Shown: one piece after another, positions 35,144 to 64,000 of the stretch
Layout of the letters: the number at the start of each line of letters is the position of its first letter
Numbering within the stretch: the first letter of the stretch is position 1
Assembly: GCA_977016875.1 (NCBI GenBank)
Contig: CDRNST010000436.1
Coordinates: 2,790,001 to 2,854,000, forward strand
Direction of reading: 5' to 3'
DNA length: 64,000 nucleotides
Source: Pavona decussata
Lineage: Eukaryota
Translations under genes and position numbers: made by a program
Notes under the pieces: generated by a model
The model's input: only the letters and a program-made list of their open reading frames with translations
What the model was told of the DNA's origin: nothing
Database searches by the model: none

Positions 35144-38100
35144 GAAATCGACGGTAGTCCATCTTGGTCATCCGAAGTGCTTTCAGGACATGTTTAAAAA
35201 ACAGACATTGTTTTTTCATCTGTGAGGGTCATTTTATTTAAGGGGAAAATTTAAATGACTTAAAAAAAAGTTAATACGATGCCTTGTAATATTTATTAGT
35301 CATTTAACAATAAATTAAGTAAGTTGCTTCCATGGCATATCTGGTTCACTTCAGTTAATTCTTACATAACCAGTATGGTGTTCTTAACCGAGTACAAAGA
35401 TATCTTTAGGGAGGCTTCGTTTGTTCACATTAAAGTTAAAGACGCGGTATTGTTCACGCGTTATATCGTGTCCCCTCTTCTACCAGGCACAGTGATAAAG
35501 CATCGTAAAGCATTTCCCCAGGGTGAAAATGCAGGGCGATGTTTCGAGTTGGGAGACGAGTTCTCATCACAACAGGATTCAAGTATTAGTCCCTTTTTCC
35601 AGGGCTAACAGAATATTAAAATATTTCGTCCATACGAATGGTTTTCGGGATTTCCTGATCACTTTGCATTTATGATACCTTCACAGAACCAAAAATAAGG
35701 CCTCTGCGAATTCTTTGCAAAGAATGTGGTTGCAGCCTACTTCACAGCTGAGAATTTGCCAAAATTACAACTGCTGGCTGAGAAATGCCACTTTTGAAAT
35801 GGTTACTGATAGCTGAAAAATGGTCGAAAATGAGCAGCCCAGCACCCTTATCTTGGCCAATCTAGACCCCATTTACGCGGCGAAATTTGTCTATCACCAA
35901 AGTTTTACCGAAGCTTACAGCAGAGTAAATTTATTAAAAATTGTCATTTCATGCTGTAAAATGTTACTTGCTTCTGTGAATATTTCAGAAATTCAATTCA
36001 TAACAATGTTTCACGCGCCGTTTTAGATACAATTCTCTAATTCTCTTTCCCCGCCCCCACCATATGAGCTGTTTCGATTTTTTTAACAAATATAAATGGA
36101 CGAAAATATCGAAGACATCTGTGTTTGTACTCTTGATTAACGTTTCTATAAAGTTCGATGTTAACGGCAACGAATATATTTAAGGTAAAGAATAAAAATG
36201 TCTTCATTTTTTGTCTTCACTGAATTTTTGATCCTCCTACGAGACGGTCATTGGTTGAGGTCAGCCTTAACGACACAGCAAGTTATCTGCTAGTGTAACT
36301 ATTGTAAGTTCAAAAATGGAAAAAAAGACAAAATGCAAATTTAATTTTGCGCTATATTGAAAAACAAAAGGCTCTACAGAAAAGACTCGGCTTTCATTTG
36401 AATAGTCACTCGTCAGGATTTAATCCACGTACACAATAGTTACAAACACTACCATCTTATTTGAAAGAGCTACTCAATCAGAGCTTTCATCAAACTGGAG
36501 GGCCATTAGGGTTCTACCCACACATTCACAACAACAATTCGAACCAGCATAATTATGAAATGAACAATACAATAGAAAGTACTTCCCAGTGTTTTCACTT
36601 GGATGATCACACTTTATGATTTCATCGACAGAAGCGCTTTGTACGGCATAAACAGTAAGTACCACAGGAAAGTGCTGCTCAGTAGCTCCCATTTCAATGG
36701 TCTTACTTTAGGAAATCACCATACAGATTCAAAAGTTAGAACCACTTTTTACAACATACTAAACAGCACCACAGGAAAGTTACTATACTGCTCAAAAGCT
36801 TTCATTTGAATGGTCACTCTTTAGGATTTCCCCCTTCCACAGATTTAACAATTAGAACTGCATTAACTGGCAAACTAGGTCTGAATGCCATTCTAGCAGT
36901 GGACGGAATACAGAGAGCGTCGTTTTTCAATTCGGGCTTAAGGTAAGCGTATAGCAAATTGTTACAAAAGCAATGCTGATAAACATTTACTACTTTGAAT
37001 AAAAGCCATGCTATCTGCTAGGCTTAGTAGTACTTCAACAAAAGGTGCTACCTTATCATAACAGAAGCTATTAACTGATATTTTCTCAGAAAAAAAGTGT
37101 CGCTTTACCACCTAATTGCACGCGAACATTTTTTGTCAAAATAAAGAACGCTTTTTCTATTTTATTAAACAAATTTCGCGAAAGTTACTATGTCGCTGTC
37201 CCATTAGAAACCGCGAAAATCAGGTTGTCGTAAAAGTTTCTTTTGCTGACTTGGAAGGCATACAACTTTAAGCAGTACCGATTTTATAAAAGAATCGATT
37301 CTTAAGTTCGACAAGTGTATCTAAAATAAACACTCGCCAAAAACTGTATTTATATTCAGTAATTACAGTTTATAGAACACTTAAAGGTAACAAGATTGGA
37401 TGAAAAGTCTTCAAACGCATTGCAAACCCTAAAACATGTCTAAAACACTCTACCAGCCTGATATATTGATGGGTTAACGCTAAATATAATATACTGGAAC
37501 AGTAAGTCTAATATTTCTTGAAATGTTAGCTCTAAGAACTCGCTTCCTTTATGCAATGTCCAACAATGACGGAAATTGGAAAACAAATCAGTGCAAGGCA
37601 ATCATAATAAAATATAGCCCCCATGTAAAAGATCAAGATGATAAAATTCTCATCTTTGACGCCAAAGAAAAAGAATGTTTCCTGTAGTTTACTCACAGAA
37701 ATCTCTTCCGTGTTTTTTAATTATTTTGTGATAGAAACTTCACAGAACGCTGATTTGTTCCGTTGAGGGAGTACGTGTTATTTTAATATAAAATTGCATG
37801 ATCTAACGGAAAACTTGACGAAGAAGACAAACAATCAAACTTAAGAACTCATTAACACTTGTATTGAAATATACCGCAGCCATAATCTGGGCTCTTTTAA
37901 GGCAATCAAAAAGGATTAAATGAACATTTGACGGATGTTTGAAAGATATATGAGATCTTGGTTTGAAGTGGGCAAGGGGGGTTTAGTTTTCTCTCTGTTT
38001 TATCGTCGTAAAGTAGTCGTTTCTTTATATTGGATTTTAACTTCGAAAACTCTATATTTTAAAGGCTTAACTAGTCAAACATCCGTTTCCCATCTTTGTT

Positions 38101-41100
38101 CAACACTAAGTGACACCACGTGCTAGATAGATCGTCAACTGACACAAAAGAAAACACTTCAACAAAAAAAGATCCTCACTAAGCTGAATTGCCTTTTCAA
38201 ACGCAGCGCATCGACTATATCTTGCGAGGTTTGCAAGTTCAACAACGACTCACGTTCGGTATTGACCTAGTAACGACCAGTAAAGGTAAGCAACTTGAAG
38301 ACGGTACGTAACTTAGCTAGGCCAGTTGATCTTATACGCCATTCCCAAAATCAAACCTTGAGCCAATTACCACTTTAGTCTGTACATGAAATCCTTAAGT
38401 GTGGCCCCTCAAATTAAATCCATTGAGCAAGCAGAATTTTCCTTTCGTGCCATTTATTGGGCTGTACTGAGGGTGCCAGTGGTTCTAACGTTTAAGCTAA
38501 GTGAGGCCATTCCAGCGAAACGTTATAATACATTGAGTCGGACATTAACGTGACGCCGTTTTGGTATTTGGTTCAACTTTATTTTCGTTATGAACTTGGC
38601 CATAGGTACAAGAAAAGGTTAATATAATCCAAATCAATTTTAGGTCTGATTTTAAGACATTCGTGGAAGTCTCAGTGCACTGTACTCCCTTGAAGGGCGA
38701 GATGAATCTTCGCAAAAATATCTGTATCTTTAGTTTCATTAGTATTTTCGCTCAATTGTTTTATTTATTATTGCATTACTTTCTGATTTCGTAGCACGCC
38801 TAAAAAGTGTTCCAAAACATGGGATCGTCAACATCTCTGACAACAATCACAACCCTTAAGATTCACAGTTAAGCAAACAAACCATACAAGCCTAACGAAA
38901 CATGTTTTGAATTGCCGATTATTGTTGGGTTTTCTTGTTTTGTTTTGTTATTTTGGTTTCTACTCTGATAAATACGTCGAGACAATGTTTGAACGAAACA
39001 TATCAGTTAAACGTGTCTCATTGTTGAGTAGAAAGAAACATAAATGAAACTGAATACTGACATCGATATTAAAGGCTGCAAAACGAGGTGATTTACGAGA
39101 CTATTGTCTAGATACACAGCAGTTGTACAACAATAAAATTATCGAACTGGTGAGTCTTTTAAATATCACATTGGGTTCCCTAACAGCCCAACTCTATTTC
39201 AAAAAAGAACAACTGAACATTTAATTTCCATCCTAGAATATTGATATAAACAAGAAAGCAAAATATTACAACACTTCATGTACCCTTCAAAGCAAATTAA
39301 TGCTTGGTAGCATTTATTTGGATGATCGCACTTAAGGATGTCTTCGAACAGCATAACATAACAGTGCTGCAGGAAAGCAGTACTCCGAGGCTTCCATAAG
39401 ATCACAGTTTAAAAAGGATCGAGATCATCCACAGACAGACAAACTGAGTTATGTTACGTGAGGCAAGGTTTTTATTTCTAACCAGTAAGAATTAGATCAA
39501 AGAGGGTAGGTTTTATGATAAGCGAAATGAAAATAAAAAAAAGAAACGAGAACGAGCAACTGCCAATCACGGCGATCACTCATAGAATTGTAATACGCGG
39601 TCTAGTGGTACAATTGTTTTAGGAGGCACTAAAAAGCTGCAAATAGAAGAAAAAACCGTAATTACTAAGGTTGTGTTGACAAAAAAAAAAAACCAAAAAA
39701 AGCTAGTAATCAACGACATCATCAGTTGCTATAAGTTGATAGCGCGCCCGTTACCATCTTTTATAGGATTGATCATGTGATGTGATACTGTTCATCCACG
39801 GAGAGATACCAATCACTGAGATACGGATATTCGCTTTACAACGGCTGGGATTAAACTGTCCGGTTCTCCATTTGACTAGAAATAGAAGTTGGGAGATATT
39901 TCTTCTTAACAAAGTCTAAATAAACCTCAGAACTTCAATTAGTCATTACAAAGGTTTTATCCGTATACTGATAAGACATCCAGGTCTACGGAATAACGCG
40001 GCTTAGAACTTGCAAGAACTGCAAAACAGTCAATTTGTCTCTCGAAGTTAACGCGAATCGCCGAAAGCGCGAACGCGCAAAGCGAAACCGTGGATTTTAA
40101 CGAGCGACACGCCCGTATTTGTAGCTCTGTTTTCACTGTGAAAAATTAAAATAGTTCTCTGAAAGCGTTGTGTAATACAAGACCAATACAAGGCTTGGAG
40201 CACGAAATCATTGTAGCAAACAAATGGGGCAAAAGATGCACTTCAATTTAATAGCAAATGTTCTTGAAAATCGCACTATACATTTCCCAGTAGCAGATGG
40301 TTCAAACTTAAAAGAAATCAAAACGTCTATAACCAAAGAGATATGTCATACTGATGACCATGTCGCAGATAACGAAAATTCAGATATAATTCACAAATGC
40401 AAAGATATCGATAGAGCTGTGAATCCGGCCTTATCTTGAACGACATTTATCGCAAAGGGAACCTTGTTATTGACTTTCATTGTGTATCTTTTGATAGACA
40501 AACTAACAAAAGCTTGTAATCAACGCTAATGTCAGTCTTAAAACATTTCAATTCATAGTCAGATTTTAAAGAGATGAATAGAAAGCTTTGAGTCTATTAC
40601 TTTATTGATACATGTAGTGCAGGTAAGGTTGTATTCCTTTCCCTATCAACTTTGAATTTGGACAATTGTAAGACTGCGCGTGTGGCCCAAGATTAATCCA
40701 ATCCTAAAATGTTATAAGCCCAAACGGCAAAACAATGTTATTATTTCGAACCAAAATGCAAAATGGCAAAATCCACCCCCTTTTTGGGACCGCTCATGCC
40801 TATTCTGTTTGTACGATCTTTTTCAGGGAGCCACCCCCTCCCCATTCCCCGTACTATTTTGTCTTTGTTAACATGAGTTATTTATCTTCAGTCACAAGTC
40901 CATTAACACAGAAATTTTCAAATACTCTTTATAAGCTTTGTTGCAAGGAAGAGAACTCTGCAATTAGCCACTTCTATATATAAAAGGACATTTTAAGATT
41001 TTAAGGCAGCCATACGAATTTTGTATCATGCCTTGAAAAAGAAACTGTTTTGTCACAAGGTATAAACAGACTTTCAACGTCTTTTGTTATCCTTGTTTAC

Positions 41101-42422
41101 TTAAAACTGACGTAGCTCTTTCTGGCATAAAATGATCTGATCTCTTACAGTAATTATGAGAACCCAGCTTTGAAAGTTTATATCACGTTCAGATGTCAGT
41201 TCTCAACACAGAATGCGCCGATCTAGTCACCTCAGTTCCTAGTCTCATGATCTCTCGATTATCGTTTCGTTTAAATTTTATTCATAGGGCAAGACCTTTT
41301 AATGAAGTAGCTATTGTTTGTTTAAGTAACGTCGAAATCTTGAGAAGCTCCACTTAGCCTATGATAACTATCGAAAACCGAAACATTGATTTATCAGCCA
41401 GATACCCAAAAGAAATGGCGACATAAGAAGAACTGAAACGATTGGACTAAAATTTCTTCTTTCGATGACCATGGGATATTATGTTATCACGAATTTGTGT
41501 TTAAGTATACATTACATACTACCTTCAACTGAATGCAAATTCAACAAAAAACACTTTAGTGCTGTACTTGTCACCATCGATGTCCCATAGACTACTGGAA
41601 TAAAGAAATTTACATCTCGAAGTTTTAGTAAAGAAACCAAACATTGAATTTTCCAATACCAAGCAAAATCTGATCACTCTGATGGCCGAAGTAATCATTT
41701 CATTCTCTTTGTATATTCTACTCCCTTATTTCTTTTAGTGTCTCTTTAATATATCGTATATCTTCTTCTTGTCTTACTCTGCCCGCTTCGATTAGCTTTT
41801 GCTACCCGCGGTCCTGTGTGTTTAGTAAAAGAAGTTGCATTTCTCTGTATTTAAACATTTATATTTATATATTTAATGTACACTTAATGATGTAAAAAAA
41901 ATTGATGCAACAGAAAAACACAAATTTTCTAGTCAGTTTAATGCTCTTTCTTTACTAGTATCATCATCATCTTTTTAATTTCGGGGGCTTTGCAGCAACG
42001 TTTTAGAAAAGAAAAAAATGGTGCGAACTTTATCTCGATCATTTTGTTAACCGGGTCCTTGCACTTTCCCGCCCGAGTTTCTCATTATTGCTTTACCGCT
42101 TTTAATTGTTTTTACTTCAATTTAAATGTCTTTTACTTTTGAAATTTCTTTTGTTGTTTGATCCTTTTTGACAAGTTATAATTAGCTATAAGGATATAAC
42201 ATCGGTCAACATCACTTAAGTGCATTTAGGCCAGCTCCAGTGACTGAGCTAATGACAAGAATAGCGTTGAACAAGAAAACTTTACGTAAGTTGAAAATAA
42301 ACCTTGGTCATCAAAACGAATATATGCGTTAGAATTTCACATTTTGAAAATAGTTAGAAACCTTTTGATACATAAAACCGTTAATTATTTTGTCTTTGTC
42401 TGTTTTTCAGTTATCATCTGAA

Positions 42423-62267
<19,845 letters not shown>

Positions 62268-62523
62268 AATGCCTGGTGAGTTTAAAGAATCTTTACAGTC
62301 GAGTTTAAAAAGAGAAAGTTTACGCCTCAAGAATTGCTACCCCAGCGTGGCTGAAAAACAACGATCACGCAAAAACAACGACTGTATAGATATGTCCTTG
62401 GAAACTTAAGGACGGTGCTTCCTTTTGCTACTAGGCATACGCTTTGAGCATCTCCTAAATTATCTCTGAAAATCGGTTGTTACCCACAGTTTGCTTTTTG
62501 GATTACAACAGCCGTCGCTAAGA

Positions 62524-62860
62524 TCTGCTGACTGTCTTTCTGTCTGTCTGTCTTTCTGACTATCTGTCTGTCTGCCTCCCTGTCTCTCTGACTGTCTGTC
62601 TGTCTGTCTGTCTCTCTGACTGTCTGTCTATCTGTCTGTCTCACTGTCTGCCTGTCTCTCTGATTGTTTGTCTGTCTGTCTGCCTGTCTCTCTGACTGTT
62701 TGTTTGTCTGTCTACCTATCTCTCTGACCGTCTCTCTGTCTGTCTCTCTGACTGTCTGTCTGTCTGTCTGTCTCTCTGACTGACTGTTTGTCTCTGTCTG
62801 TCTGCCTGTTTCTCTGACCGTCTGTCTATCTGTCTGTCTCACTGTCTACCGTCTGTCTGA
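62524..62860. repeat. (TCTG)n-based compound microsatellite
   Basis: Degenerate tctg/tctc/actg array that interrupts a decayed family-A MITE starting at 62410. Confidence 0.95.
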
Positions 62861-63050
62861 CATTTTCCTCCTTTTCCTTTATATTCTTTCCTTTTTCCCG
62901 TCTTTCCTTTTTTTGGAAATACGACCATTTACATTGTTGTTTTCCGACTGCCAGCACTTAGTTACTTACTAAGACAATAATAGAATACTTGTTTCTGACC
63001 ATTAACTGCAAAACACATTAATGTTTTGGTATTTCTTTATATCTCCAAAG

Positions 63051-63241
63051 GGGGAACATGTAGAAGAGGATCTGATGACCCGGATGTAAAGAATATGAGC
63101 ACAGGCGCACTTAACGAATCATAAATAACCCATAAAAGTATCGTGTAACGAATTAATAATTCATTCCACTTTAAATGTTTAATATCAGGGTGATCATCGC
63201 CTATTTAAATATAGTTAATGTAGCTGAACGGGAGCAATAAA
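63051..63241 (+). other. Putative 3' UTR exon of gene 2 with poly(A) signal
   Basis: Donor tg|gtgagt at 62275/62276, 8 nt after the stop; acceptor tctccaaag at 63050; AATAAA at 63236-63241. Confidence 0.45.
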
Positions 63242-63493
63242 CTTCCTAAACTAGCAAATTGTCTATTTAATTTGTGTTGACTGTACGACCGTACAAACCT
63301 GTACAAAAGGAAATTTTTTTGTCACCAGCCAAGTGACCCATTAAAACCGAACTTCACTCCAGTTTCTACAGCATAAAGCGTCTACAAGTAGAATCAAAAA
63401 TATTGTTTTCCTGCTCTGGAATCATGATTTTATAATATAAAAATTCTGTACTCAAAGCGCAATTAAAACTTAAAAGTGGGATATTTCGTTATA

Positions 63494-63681
63494 CAGTCAG
63501 ACCTCTATTAAGTGGCCACCTATTAAGCGGCCACCCTCCATTAAGCGGCCACTTCCCAAAGTCCCGAATTATTGTTTTGTCAGTAAAGTGCTGTATTCAA
63601 TACCTCTATTCAACGTCCAACCTCTATTAAGCGGCCAGTTTTCAAAGTCCCCAGGGTGGCCGCTTAATAGAGGTCCGACTG
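63494..63681. mobile_element. Tc1/mariner(pogo)-type MITE
   Basis: TA|cagtcagacctctattaag ... cttaatagaggtccgactg|TA, with internal ttaagcggcca repeats. Confidence 0.8.
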
Positions 63682-64000
63682 TATTCCACCGAACTTCGTC
63701 AGCCACAATGCAAATTTGAATGTTGCAAGTAATTCTACAACCTGGATGCGATATGAACCCGCCACTGGGTTCTCCAACATTTTGTATGGTTTTCAAAATA
63801 GTTCCCAACTTCTCTCCACAAGCATATTGAAAGATCTACCTGACAGTTAACCTGCGCCCTCCTTCGTCATCAGTCTACTCATCATTAAAACATCTGCCCC
63901 CTTTTAAGGGGCACTGTCAGCTATTTATTGGTGTCACTATGAATAGCCTAAAAACGCACTTGTTTCAATACAATCGTTAAAATAATGATTGCTAGTGTAC

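Noticed and set aside
38100-38285. Non-coding first exon of gene 2 (donor aag|gtaagc at 38285)
   Set aside because: Plausible by analogy with gene 1, but there is no clear core promoter and other candidate donors exist; too weak to call.
36390-40380. CTGANGA...GAAA hammerhead-like strings (~36390-36416 minus strand, ~40351-40377 plus strand)
   Set aside because: No stem II pairing or flanking helices; the first derives from the 106-bp repeat.
62480-62842. 120-aa RQTD-repeat ORF
   Set aside because: Translation of a (CAGA)n microsatellite.

Overview
AT-rich animal genomic DNA; the repeat families and protein style suggest a cnidarian, probably a stony coral (inference). It has three N-gaps (31344-31494, 49711-49843, 59017-59171). 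The window holds two tandem, same-strand, intron-rich ADAMTS-type metalloprotease genes, which I rebuilt exon by exon from splice sites. Gene 1 has CDS 9508-35143 in 27 coding exons (~1186 aa); gene 2 has CDS 42423-62267 in 25 coding exons (~1091 aa). Both have the order signal peptide, prodomain, M12B protease, disintegrin-like, TSR, Cys-rich, spacer and 3 TSRs, but end in WSC-like modules (two in gene 1, one in gene 2) rather than PLAC/GON-1/CUB. Intron 13 of gene 1 contains a complete ~4.0-kb ISL2EU-type (PIF/Harbinger-related) DNA transposon at 18616-22613, with 65-bp TIRs and an AT TSD. It carries two convergent intronless ORFs: a SAP-like/SWIM/YqaJ lambda-exonuclease-type protein and a THAP-HTH-DDE transposase whose second catalytic Asp reads Glu. 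The rest is intronic or intergenic DNA with many MITEs, tRNA-derived SINEs, LINE and Penelope fragments and a ~106-bp tandem repeat. Most short ORFs in the six-frame track are spurious or are single exons. All family assignments are from motif recognition, not database searches.
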